DNA of 64,000 nt from Bacteroidota bacterium (GTDB taxonomy: Bacteria; Bacteroidota; Bacteroidia; AKYH767-A; OLB10), in the NCBI GenBank assembly GCA_023251535.1, contig JAHEYP010000011.1, positions 25,104-89,103 of the forward strand. Direction: 5' to 3'. The translations under genes were made by a program, and so were the position numbers. The notes below the pieces were generated by a model. That model ran no database searches. It saw nothing but the letters and a program-made list of their open reading frames with translations, and had not been told where the DNA came from. Below, piece after piece: positions 28,963 to 38,324 of the stretch (within the stretch, counting starts at the first letter, position 1; every line of letters starts with the position of its first letter).

Positions 28963-29922
28963 ATGACGAATATTAAGAAAGAACCGAACTTTTTTGTGAT
29001 AGGTGCAGCTAAATGCGGTACCACCACCTTATATGATTTTCTTGAACATCATCCGGAAGTGTATATGTCGCCAATAAAAGAGCCACATCATTTCAGTAAG
29101 GATATAGTTAAAGAAAATTTTAGTGATGAATATAAACACTACCTCAAAACTCGTAATGTAAATTTAGAGGAATATTTAAAAACAGATTTCTCTAGAAAAA
29201 TATGGGAATGGTATATCGACGATTTTAATCAGTACTTGCAACTCTTTAAAAAAGTTAGTAATGAAAAAGCTATCGGAGAAATAAGTAATGGATATTTATT
29301 CTCTTCGGTAGCAGCTAAAGAAATCAAAGCCCAATACCCCGATGCTAAAATCGTAATGATTTTACGAAACCCGATTGAAAGAGCTTATTCGCATTACTTA
29401 GCGAACGTGAGAGACGGTAGAACAACACTTAGTTTCAAAGAAGAGTTGATAGCAGATGCTCAAAAAAGCAATAAAGGCTGGTGTATCTCTCATTGCTATA
29501 CTGAAATGGGATTATATTACGATCAGGTTAAAAGATTTACTGATGAATTCGATAAAGATCATATTAAAATTTACTTGAACGATGATCTTAAGAAAAATGC
29601 TGAACAAGTAGCGAAAGATCTTTTCACATTCTTGGGCGTTAACACTAAAGTGGATATCGATTATCATAAAAAACAAAATGAAGCTCGCTTGCCTAAGTCG
29701 GCAGGGTTCATGAAGTTTATTACGCAAACAGGACTGAAACGTAAAATTTTCAGATCTATGCCAAAGAGCATTCAGGAAAAAGTTAAGCCTCTGTTCTTTA
29801 AAGAAGGTAAGATTCCGAAAATGTCGGATGCTGATCGCAAATGGCTATCTGCTCAATTCAGCGACGATATCCATAAAACACAAAATTTAATTGGAAGAGA
29901 TTTATCCTCTTGGCTTAATTAA
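28963..29922 (+). CDS. PAPS-dependent sulfotransferase (Sulfotransfer_1-like)
   Basis: 5'-PSB loop 'FFVIGAAKCGTTTL' and 3'-PB 'MILRNPIERAYSHY' (R...S). Confidence 0.8.
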   Translation: MTNIKKEPNFFVIGAAKCGTTTLYDFLEHHPEVYMSPIKEPHHFSKDIVKENFSDEYKHYLKTRNVNLEEYLKTDFSRKIWEWYIDDFNQYLQLFKKVSNEKAIGEISNGYLFSSVAAKEIKAQYPDAKIVMILRNPIERAYSHYLANVRDGRTTLSFKEELIADAQKSNKGWCISHCYTEMGLYYDQVKRFTDEFDKDHIKIYLNDDLKKNAEQVAKDLFTFLGVNTKVDIDYHKKQNEARLPKSAGFMKFITQTGLKRKIFRSMPKSIQEKVKPLFFKEGKIPKMSDADRKWLSAQFSDDIHKTQNLIGRDLSSWLN

Positions 29923-29934
29923 TCCGCTTTCAGA

Positions 29935-30852
29935 ATGAATCAGAAATATCATCTTCCAAATCTACTTATCGGTGGCGTTCATAAAGCAGGAACAACCTCT
30001 TTGCATACTTATTTATCGATGCATCCTGATGTTTGCGGTTCGTTGATTAAAGAACTTGCATTTTTATTGCCTGCTCGCTACCATCAAGAAGTTCCCGACG
30101 ACGAAACTTATAATTCTCACTTTAAAAATTACAAAGGAGAGAAATATATCCTCGAGACTACCCCTTCGTATCTATATGGAGGATTACCTTTAATTGAAAC
30201 AATCGAAAATCGGCTAGGCGATAACGTTAGAGTAGTAATGATTCTTCGTGAACCTGCTGATCGTTTCGTTTCTTTTTATCGACATTGCTTAACAAAATTA
30301 GAAATTCCTGCAGATACAACTCTCGAAAAATTCATATCGACTTCTGCTCCTGTTGACGCAGGCGTTAGAACAACCGATGAGTCGGATCATATCAACGAAG
30401 GTTTGGTAGAAGGTAATTACGCTGCATACCTTCCTCTTTGGATGGAACACTTTGGCGATAGATTACTGATCGTATTCTTTGATGAATTATCGAAAGATAC
30501 GCCGGGAACCATGAAGCGTATTTGCAAATGGCTCAACATCGACTTTTCGGTTTATAAACCGGGAGACTTTACAATTGAAAATAGAACAGTAGATTATCGC
30601 CTTGGATTTATTCATCGTTTTGCTTTGTGGGTGAATCATCATACTGAAACTTTTTGGAGAAAAAATATTAAACTCAAGCGAGCATTACGATCGGTATACT
30701 ACGGATTTAATGAAAAGAAAAAAGGACAGAGTGAATTGATAAGTGATAAAGCATTGAAAGATTTAGAAGCAATATACAAGCAACCTAATCTTCGCTTAAA
30801 GGAGTTACTGAAAGATCAACCCAATATTAATCTACCTTATTGGTTGCAATGA
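29935..30852 (+). CDS. PAPS-dependent sulfotransferase
   Basis: 'LLIGGVHKAGTTSL' and 'MILREPADRFVSFY'. Only a 12-nt gap to the previous sulfotransferase. Confidence 0.75.
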   Translation: MNQKYHLPNLLIGGVHKAGTTSLHTYLSMHPDVCGSLIKELAFLLPARYHQEVPDDETYNSHFKNYKGEKYILETTPSYLYGGLPLIETIENRLGDNVRVVMILREPADRFVSFYRHCLTKLEIPADTTLEKFISTSAPVDAGVRTTDESDHINEGLVEGNYAAYLPLWMEHFGDRLLIVFFDELSKDTPGTMKRICKWLNIDFSVYKPGDFTIENRTVDYRLGFIHRFALWVNHHTETFWRKNIKLKRALRSVYYGFNEKKKGQSELISDKALKDLEAIYKQPNLRLKELLKDQPNINLPYWLQ

Positions 30853-31790
30853 TGTACACACCTGATTTCTTTTTAGTGGGTGCTGCTAAAGCCGGGACCA
30901 CAGCATTACAACAAGCGTTGGATGCTCATCCCGATATTTATATGTCGCCTTTAAAAGAGCCTAATTTCTTTTGCAGTGATATCGATCCCGATAAATTACG
31001 TCCCGACTTAAAAGAAAGACTTAAAGCTGATAATACCGAAGAATGGATTAATTCAGGAATGCAAGGTTCTCGCTGGCGAGCATTTTTGAGAGATGAAAAT
31101 CTTTACAGTGCTTTATTCGCTCCGGCACAACCAACACAAGTTACTGGAGAAGCTAGTGTGAGTTATTTGTATTCAACTACTGCCGCTGAAAATATTGCAG
31201 CAGCAAAACCGAATGCTAAAATTATCATTGTTCTCCGTAATCCGCTAGAACGTGCGTGGAGTCATTATTTAATGGAAGAACGATTAGGAATGGCAGATAG
31301 ATCGTTCGAACTTGCTTTTAAATCGGTTAGTAATCTCCAACATCCCATGTGGGGAAGAGATTTACTCTTTTTACATGGAGGTCTATATAATGATCAAATT
31401 AAACGATACCTGAAATATTTTGACCCATCTCAATTGCATATTATCATCTACGATGATTACCGCAAACAACCTCAAGATGTTTTAAAAAAACTATATGTGT
31501 TTTTAGGAGTTGATCCGACAAAAGCCGACTTATCTGTTGCTCTGAAACGCAGTAATGAAGCCCGAACGGGAGTCTTCGACAAAGCTATTCCGTCAGGTTC
31601 ATTGAAAGTAAAACTTCGTCGATTCTTTAAAAGCATAGGCATTCATTCTTCTCTGAAGAATATGCTTACTAAGCCTTCCGATAGAAAAGTGGGAGAGCAG
31701 GAAAAAAAGATTTTATCGGGATTCTATCTTCATGAAATCGAAGAACTCGAAAAAACACTTAATTTAGACCTTTCTCTTTGGAAGAAATAA
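30849..31790 (+). CDS. PAPS-dependent sulfotransferase
   Basis: 'FFLVGAAKAGTTAL' and 'IIVLRNPLERAWSHY'. The ATG at 30849 overlaps the previous stop (ATGA). The ORF-track start at 30840 is a TTG. Confidence 0.8.
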   Translation: MMYTPDFFLVGAAKAGTTALQQALDAHPDIYMSPLKEPNFFCSDIDPDKLRPDLKERLKADNTEEWINSGMQGSRWRAFLRDENLYSALFAPAQPTQVTGEASVSYLYSTTAAENIAAAKPNAKIIIVLRNPLERAWSHYLMEERLGMADRSFELAFKSVSNLQHPMWGRDLLFLHGGLYNDQIKRYLKYFDPSQLHIIIYDDYRKQPQDVLKKLYVFLGVDPTKADLSVALKRSNEARTGVFDKAIPSGSLKVKLRRFFKSIGIHSSLKNMLTKPSDRKVGEQEKKILSGFYLHEIEELEKTLNLDLSLWKK

Positions 31791-31793
31791 GAA

Positions 31794-33062
31794 ATGATTA
31801 ACCAAAGCATAAACCCTGTATTTAAAGGACTGATGTATCAGTTGCTTTGGTTTTTATTTTTCGCTAATGCCTTCGCTTGCTTTGTGCGTATTCCCGCCAG
31901 AGCAGTTGTTGATGTTAGCTCAGGAATATTCCTTGGTATTTTGGTTATACATTATGGTTACGAATGGTTAAGAGCATTAAAAACAAAAAAAGTTAAAATG
32001 ATTTCGTTGTTGATGCTGCCATTAATTTTAATGCCAGTAATCAGCGCTATTCAAGCAGCTCGCGTCTTTGGACAACCTGCTATTTACGGATTTCTTGCAC
32101 AACGTCAAGTGTTCATGGCACTGTGTGCACATTTCATTGTTACTGCTTTAGAACGAAAGTGGCTCTCAGAAGAAAGCTTTGAAAAGTACTTTGTGCGTTC
32201 ATTGCAAATTTTGCTTTTCATTTTTCTTATCTTTTATATGTTCGTGAATCCTTCAAGATTCATCGATACTGACTTCGTAACTTTAAGTCCTAATAAAGGG
32301 TTCAGGTATGAATTCCCAGACTCATGTATTTACGGATTGTTTTTATATTCCCTTTTTAAAGTATGGATTCTAAAAGAAAAAAAATGGTGGCTCACTGTTT
32401 TATTTAGCCTTTTCTACATTTTAGTTTATCTACTCGATCGTACACAGCTCGTAGCACTCGCCGGAACAGTTGGATTATATGTACTACTAAACTTCAGTGT
32501 ATCTCGAATGATTCGCATGGTGATTTTAGGAGCATTCGGAATTATATTGGTTTTTGGATTACTCGCCTTTATAGCTCCCGATTTCCTCGATAAAAACTTA
32601 AAACTTTACGCTACAGCTTTTGAAACACTCACAGGAGAAAAAGTAGCCGAGTCATCTACTAATATTCGTTTCCTCGAATCGAAAATTGCATTAGCAGGAT
32701 TTACTGATCACCAAGCTATCGGTGTAGGATTTTTAAGTACTCGATGGAATGATGGATTTAGAATGATTAATAAATACTTCTATCCTACCGACGTTGGCTT
32801 ATTGGGCAACTTATATGTTTATGGCATCATTGGAACATTGGTGTTTTATATTCCTTTTCTATTGGCGATGAAATATCACTTTCGCTTACGCAAGGAACAT
32901 GCTACACTATTGGTGGCATCGCAATATGTACTAATATTTTTGTTTGCCGATATGCTTACTGCTGCGACAAATCAAAAATTCTATGGAGTAATAGCAGTGT
33001 TTTTCGGAATAGTTTACTATTACAGATACAGAGAAAATAAAGAAGAGGAGTTAGCGATATAA
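31794..33062 (+). CDS. Multi-TM Wzy/O-antigen-ligase-like polymerase
   Basis: 422 aa, about 10 to 12 hydrophobic helices with one larger loop. It sits between sulfotransferases in the glycan cluster. The family assignment rests on topology and context only. Confidence 0.45.
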   Translation: MINQSINPVFKGLMYQLLWFLFFANAFACFVRIPARAVVDVSSGIFLGILVIHYGYEWLRALKTKKVKMISLLMLPLILMPVISAIQAARVFGQPAIYGFLAQRQVFMALCAHFIVTALERKWLSEESFEKYFVRSLQILLFIFLIFYMFVNPSRFIDTDFVTLSPNKGFRYEFPDSCIYGLFLYSLFKVWILKEKKWWLTVLFSLFYILVYLLDRTQLVALAGTVGLYVLLNFSVSRMIRMVILGAFGIILVFGLLAFIAPDFLDKNLKLYATAFETLTGEKVAESSTNIRFLESKIALAGFTDHQAIGVGFLSTRWNDGFRMINKYFYPTDVGLLGNLYVYGIIGTLVFYIPFLLAMKYHFRLRKEHATLLVASQYVLIFLFADMLTAATNQKFYGVIAVFFGIVYYYRYRENKEEELAI

Positions 33063-34078
33063 TGAGTGATACAGGTATGATATTTATTGTTGGGAACAGT
33101 CGTTCGGGAACTACTATGCTCGGACGAATGCTCGGAAAAAATACTTCTGTTTTTTCTTTTCCTGAGTTACACCTTTTCGGTCCATGCATCCCTCATGGAA
33201 AAGAATTAGAAATTATTGACAAAGCTACTGCAATAAAAATATTTTGTTGGTTGCTCGATGTCTCTACAAAAGGATTTCATCACGAAAGAAATCCGGATCA
33301 ATTTTCAGAGCAAGCAACACAACTAGCAAACGAGTTTTATAAACCAGGTGTCGATGCATGGGATGCTTACAGACATTTTGTAATTCATGTAACGAAAACA
33401 AACGGCAAATTAATTCCTTGTGAAGATCTACCGGGAAATATTTTTAAGCTAAGTCAACTATTTCAAAAATTTAACGACGTAAAAGTTGTTCATATCGTTC
33501 GTGATCCTCGTGATGTGGTATTATCGCAAAAGAATCGTCACTTGCGCAGAAAAATGGGCGGACATTACGTTTCAAAAAAAGAAGCGTTGCGTGTTTGGTC
33601 AAACTATCACCCGTTCGTAATTTCTCGTTTATGGAAAAATGCTGTCTCTTCTGCAATTAATATCGAGAACAAAAATATTCTTACTGTTCACTTCGAAGAT
33701 TTATTAGCAAAACCGGAAGAAGTTCTTCGTCAAATTTGCGTTCATACAGGAATAATATTTGAACTTAATATGCTAAATGTCCCTCAAGTTGGTTCTTCTA
33801 CGCAAAAGGATGATCCTTCTAAGATGGGAGTAGACGCTGGAAGATCTGGTGCTTGGCAACGTGGCGGATTAAGCGATGCGGAAATTGCTATATGTGAAAA
33901 CGTAAACGGCGATATAATGCAAAGGTTGAATTATCCTTTGAGTGGAAAAAAATTGAGTTTGACCTCAAAAGTAGGCTATGCTGTTTTACTACCTTTCAAA
34001 GGCACATTAGCCTTGGCATTAAACTGGAATCGGACAAAAGGACTTCTAAACTTCTTAATTCACCGAATCTTCAAATAA
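33062..34078 (+). CDS. PAPS-dependent sulfotransferase (Sulfotransfer_3-like)
   Basis: 'IFIVGNSRSGTTMLGRMLG' P-loop-like 5'-PSB and 'HIVRDPRDVVLSQ' 3'-PB. Start overlaps the upstream stop. Confidence 0.65.
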   Translation: MSDTGMIFIVGNSRSGTTMLGRMLGKNTSVFSFPELHLFGPCIPHGKELEIIDKATAIKIFCWLLDVSTKGFHHERNPDQFSEQATQLANEFYKPGVDAWDAYRHFVIHVTKTNGKLIPCEDLPGNIFKLSQLFQKFNDVKVVHIVRDPRDVVLSQKNRHLRRKMGGHYVSKKEALRVWSNYHPFVISRLWKNAVSSAINIENKNILTVHFEDLLAKPEEVLRQICVHTGIIFELNMLNVPQVGSSTQKDDPSKMGVDAGRSGAWQRGGLSDAEIAICENVNGDIMQRLNYPLSGKKLSLTSKVGYAVLLPFKGTLALALNWNRTKGLLNFLIHRIFK

Positions 34079-34134
34079 TCCTCATCCATTATGGGTGTTT
34101 TATACTTATTTTTGAGTCTCGAAAAATCATCATC

Positions 34135-35319
34135 ATGAAAACAGGAAAGCTTTCTCTAACTACTCTATTCTTTTTCTCTGCAATATTATTGTTGCCAGCT
34201 GCATGTTTGAAATATGCTAAGGGCAGCAAACAAGATCCGAAGCCGAGTACTAATAATACAAATACTTCAGAGGCATCATTACCCGATCCTGCTAAAAAAT
34301 CGTTGCCTAAAAATTGGCCATGGAGAGGCGTATGTATGCCTTCAGCTCACGCCGATTATAGAGATGTTGCGTATCTCCACTCTATCGGTGTGAATTTTAT
34401 TCGAATTCAGATTAAATCACCAAAGCGTACTGAAAGAGAGAGAATAAATCCTACCAAAGCTTTCTACGATGAACTCGAATGGGTTGATAAAGTATTAGAT
34501 GAATGTAAAAAGTACAACATGACAAGTATTGTTGCTTTTAACTATCTCGTACTTGATCCTGCAAGTGGTGTTGATGATAAATCAGCCGACTTCTGGACAA
34601 AAAAATCGTATATCGACAGTACTTACAAAATGGTAGATATCATCGCAAGAAGATACAAAGACAGAGGTGATGAATTAAGTGCTTACGAAGTAATCGGAGA
34701 GCCTGCAGTTGATCAAGGAGATGGTGATAAAGCGTCGGTGCCACCAGGATTAGAAAACTTCTTTAAATCGACATTGGCAGTAATTAGAAAATATGATCAG
34801 CAACGCTATTTCTTAGTGACACCAGGACCTTGGGGACGACCTACGAATTATGCAAAATTCAATGGATTCAATATAAACGATCCAAAAATTATCTATGGAG
34901 CGCATATGTATTTACCAAATCAATTTACGCACCAAGGAATTAAAAAACGACCGAGACCTGTTGCTTATCCTGGCGTAATTGCAGGAAAAAATTGGGATAA
35001 AGATGCTCTTGAAAAAAGCATGTCGTATTTGAAAAACTTCGAGAATAAAACTGGAGCGTTAGTCTATATCGGCGAATTCCAAGCTGTTCGTTGGGCACCT
35101 AACGGAAATCAATGGGTGAAAGATTGTGCTGACATCATGAGTAAAAACGGTTGGAGCTGGACATACTTTGCTTATCAGCCTGATTACGATTTTTGGAATC
35201 CGTATATGGAAGTTAAGAATCCTACTGATGCACCGGCTAATTGGAATTTAAAAAACTCAGGTACGGATGCCGAAATTTGGCAATACATGATCAAAAATTA
35301 TTTCTCTAAAAACAAATAA
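34135..35319 (+). CDS. Secreted GH5-like glycoside hydrolase
   Basis: Signal peptide / lipobox-like 'LLPAACLKYAKG'; 'GAHMYLPNQF' (H-x-Y), 'YIGEFQAVRW' (nucleophile Glu motif). The acid/base motif reads 'IGEP' rather than NEP, so it is atypical. Confidence 0.5.
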   Translation: MKTGKLSLTTLFFFSAILLLPAACLKYAKGSKQDPKPSTNNTNTSEASLPDPAKKSLPKNWPWRGVCMPSAHADYRDVAYLHSIGVNFIRIQIKSPKRTERERINPTKAFYDELEWVDKVLDECKKYNMTSIVAFNYLVLDPASGVDDKSADFWTKKSYIDSTYKMVDIIARRYKDRGDELSAYEVIGEPAVDQGDGDKASVPPGLENFFKSTLAVIRKYDQQRYFLVTPGPWGRPTNYAKFNGFNINDPKIIYGAHMYLPNQFTHQGIKKRPRPVAYPGVIAGKNWDKDALEKSMSYLKNFENKTGALVYIGEFQAVRWAPNGNQWVKDCADIMSKNGWSWTYFAYQPDYDFWNPYMEVKNPTDAPANWNLKNSGTDAEIWQYMIKNYFSKNK

Positions 35320-35335
35320 GCGTAGTAATACTTAA

Positions 35336-36514
35336 ATGAAAATTGCAATTATTGACCCAGTAGGAAGTAAAGCAGGAATTGATCATTATGATCTTTCCTT
35401 GTTGAGCGGATTAAAAAATGCGGGTGATAATTGCTTTCTATATTCCAACTTTAATTACGAAGAAGGAATCATTCACTATAAGAAGTACTTTCATAATGTC
35501 GGTGTATCGAAGATAAGTTCTATCATCAGTAATTTCATTGGATTTTTCAAAAGTTTGTCTGATGCAAAAATGCAAAAAGTAGACTGGTTAATATTGCATG
35601 TGTTTCGTGCAGGAGCTTTCGACCTATTCACATTTACTTTAGCTAAACTTATGGGATTTAAACTTCTTGCCATTGTGCATGACATTGAAAGTTTAGATAC
35701 CATTACTTTGCCAATTGTTAGAAGAACAGTGATAAGCTCTCTTCCCGATTTACGCGTAGTACATAATCAGTTTTGTAAAGACGAAATCGCTAAACAAATT
35801 AGCGATAAAGCACTTAATACTACCGGAATTATTCCTCATGTGAATTTTATCAAATTGTTCAATCGTTACCATTCTAATACTAATTTAAAGAATGATTTAT
35901 TAAATGATAAAAATGCAATCCGTTCACTTGATTCGAAATTATTGAATGCTGTAAACGCCAATGAAAAAATAATTTTGTTCTTCGGACAAATTAAAAAATC
36001 AAAAGGGGTTGATGTTTTATTAGAGGCAATTCCATATTGCAAAACAAATTTCAAAGTTGTTGTTGCAGGAAAGCTACGAGGAGAGAACTGGGAAAAGTAT
36101 CAATCGATAATAGATTCAAAAAAACTAAACGAAAAAGTCATTCCGATAATTCGACATATCAACGATTATGAACGTGACATATTGTTTGCGCTTGCTCAAG
36201 GAATTATTTTGCCATATCGGTATATTTATCAGAGCGGGGTTTTATTAATGACTATGAGCTTCCCAATGGCTGTTATAGCTAGCAACCTTCCTCCTAATGC
36301 TGATATTATTATTGATAGCGAAAACGGATTTCTTTTTGAAGCAGAAAACAGCAATGATCTTGCGATTAAAATTGATGCGTTGATTAACAATAGCGAATTA
36401 GATCAAATAAAAATCCGGGCTATTTCCGACATAAATGCCAAAAATAGTCCGGATGTTATAGGAATGCAATATCACCAATTATTGGCGAATCCGATAGAAT
36501 TACTCTACCATTAA
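35336..36514 (+). CDS. GT4-family (group 1) glycosyltransferase
   Basis: 392 aa GT-B. C-terminal 'ENGFLFEAEN' E-x7-E-like motif. Confidence 0.6.
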   Translation: MKIAIIDPVGSKAGIDHYDLSLLSGLKNAGDNCFLYSNFNYEEGIIHYKKYFHNVGVSKISSIISNFIGFFKSLSDAKMQKVDWLILHVFRAGAFDLFTFTLAKLMGFKLLAIVHDIESLDTITLPIVRRTVISSLPDLRVVHNQFCKDEIAKQISDKALNTTGIIPHVNFIKLFNRYHSNTNLKNDLLNDKNAIRSLDSKLLNAVNANEKIILFFGQIKKSKGVDVLLEAIPYCKTNFKVVVAGKLRGENWEKYQSIIDSKKLNEKVIPIIRHINDYERDILFALAQGIILPYRYIYQSGVLLMTMSFPMAVIASNLPPNADIIIDSENGFLFEAENSNDLAIKIDALINNSELDQIKIRAISDINAKNSPDVIGMQYHQLLANPIELLYH

Positions 36515-37822
36515 TTTTTGTGTGTAAGTTGCCCCTTTCGAAATTAACTTAACAAGGTAGATTCCTTTAGTCAGGTTTTTCAAGTCAAGGTTAACTGATG
36601 CTTCGATTGACATATCCATTACTTTTTCTCCCATTAAATTAAACACTTCTATTGAAGAATTTTCTGAAGTTGCATTAATCGTAATAGAAACATTATTATT
36701 TGCAGGATTTGGCATCATTTCAAATGCATTCGCATTGCTAAATTCAGGATGCAAACCTGTGCTTGTAACAGTGTAAATCGCAACAGTATTTGTTGGTGCT
36801 CCAACTGCACTTGGTATACCTCCGCCAATCATAAACTTATTGCCAACTGATGTTGCAGCTGCCATTGTACGTGCTGTTGTAAGCGAATCTATTGTCCAAG
36901 TATTTGTTAAAGTGTTATAAATATCCACTCGTTTATATACTGTCGAAGAAGTTACATTACCTCCACCAGCAAATAAGACTAAATCACCAACCGATGCTGA
37001 ACTCAAATTCGTACGAGCAATCGAAAGCGAATCAATTGTCCATGTATCAGTTACTACATCGTAAATATCAACACGATTCGAAGGACCATTCGCATTTTCA
37101 CCACCGGCAAAATAAATTTTATCACCCAATGAACATGCTGTTAAATTTGCACGTGGAATACTTAATGTATCCATCACCCAAGTACCGGTAGTAATATCAT
37201 AGATATCAACCGAACTCATATAAATACCGTTAACATCTTGTCCACCGGCAAATGCTACTTTGTTACCAGAAGCTGCACCACTTAAATTATATCTCCCACT
37301 AGATAGCTGTGATGATGTCCAACTATTGTTGGATGTTTCAAAAATATCCACAGTATTATAAACTTGCCCCGCTCCTGAAAACTCACCTCCTGCAAATAAT
37401 ATTTTAGTTCCTGCTCCTGCAGCCGCTAATCGGTCACGACCAACAGATAAATTCGATGTTGACCAAGTACCTGATGTAACATTGTAAATATCTACATTGG
37501 TATAAACAGAAAGAATCCAATCGTCGGCACCTCCGGCAAAAACAATTTTATTATTCGCTCCTGCTCCTGCTGATGACGTGCGGCCTTTAGACATAGTTGT
37601 ATTTGACCAAAAGTTAATTGCACTATTATATACATCCGCAACATTCGGAGGTACTGTGATCATTCCGATTCCGCCAAAGAACACTGCTCTTGTTGAATTA
37701 GATGCTGCAGACAATTTTGATCTGCCACTCGTTAATGTAGCTGAAGACCATTGCGCCTTTGTAACTGTTGAGCCAATTACAAACAATAAAAGAAATAGTA
37801 ATAACGTAGATTTTTTATTCAT
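36500..37822 (-). CDS. Kelch-repeat beta-propeller protein with T9SS CTD
   Basis: Six repeats of 'xxFAGG...xVDIYxxxTxTWT'; C-terminus 'FEMMPNPANNNVSITI...GIYLVKLISKGATYTQKLMVE'. The 3' end overlaps the GT4 gene by 15 nt (convergent). Confidence 0.7.
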   Translation of the reverse strand: MNKKSTLLLFLLLFVIGSTVTKAQWSSATLTSGRSKLSAASNSTRAVFFGGIGMITVPPNVADVYNSAINFWSNTTMSKGRTSSAGAGANNKIVFAGGADDWILSVYTNVDIYNVTSGTWSTSNLSVGRDRLAAAGAGTKILFAGGEFSGAGQVYNTVDIFETSNNSWTSSQLSSGRYNLSGAASGNKVAFAGGQDVNGIYMSSVDIYDITTGTWVMDTLSIPRANLTACSLGDKIYFAGGENANGPSNRVDIYDVVTDTWTIDSLSIARTNLSSASVGDLVLFAGGGNVTSSTVYKRVDIYNTLTNTWTIDSLTTARTMAAATSVGNKFMIGGGIPSAVGAPTNTVAIYTVTSTGLHPEFSNANAFEMMPNPANNNVSITINATSENSSIEVFNLMGEKVMDMSIEASVNLDLKNLTKGIYLVKLISKGATYTQKLMVE

Positions 37823-38324
37823 GCCGTTTTTTTAATAGTTGGTTAAATATTAGGTTGTAATTCAAAAGTACATAAAATAATTACCTTAATGACTGGGAGA
37901 CGACGGTAAAATCAGAAATAGTCATTGTTTCAACAGTAAAAAACGCTGCGCAATCCCTTTCAATAATCTCAACGCCAATTAATCTTTCGCTAAAAATTGA
38001 ACTTTTCAAATAGATATTCAATCCCCTTTTTGGTGCGAACTGTGAAATAATTTCGAAATAAGCTAGGTTAAAGAACATGGAATCAATCATATTTAACTGT
38101 TTTTCAATTATTTAAACATTCATTTTAATCATAAACCATGACCCTGATATTAGGTTGGCAAATTGAAAAATTGACAAAAATCCCCTAATAACAGTCTAAT
38201 AGAATCGTCGAAAACTAAAATTAATTTGATTGATACATTTCCGATATTGGCTTAAATTTACGCAGATGCCAAGAAGCTGAGCTTCAAGTTTAAATCCACC
38301 AACAACAGACCTTCGTTTGCATAT

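Noticed and set aside
37881-38090. 69-aa ORF in the 500-bp intergenic region before the TMTC-like gene; also an 11-mer 'atattaggttg' repeated at about 37845 and 38143
   Set aside because: No motifs or ribosome-binding context. The repeat is short and could be chance in AT-rich DNA. Left uncalled.
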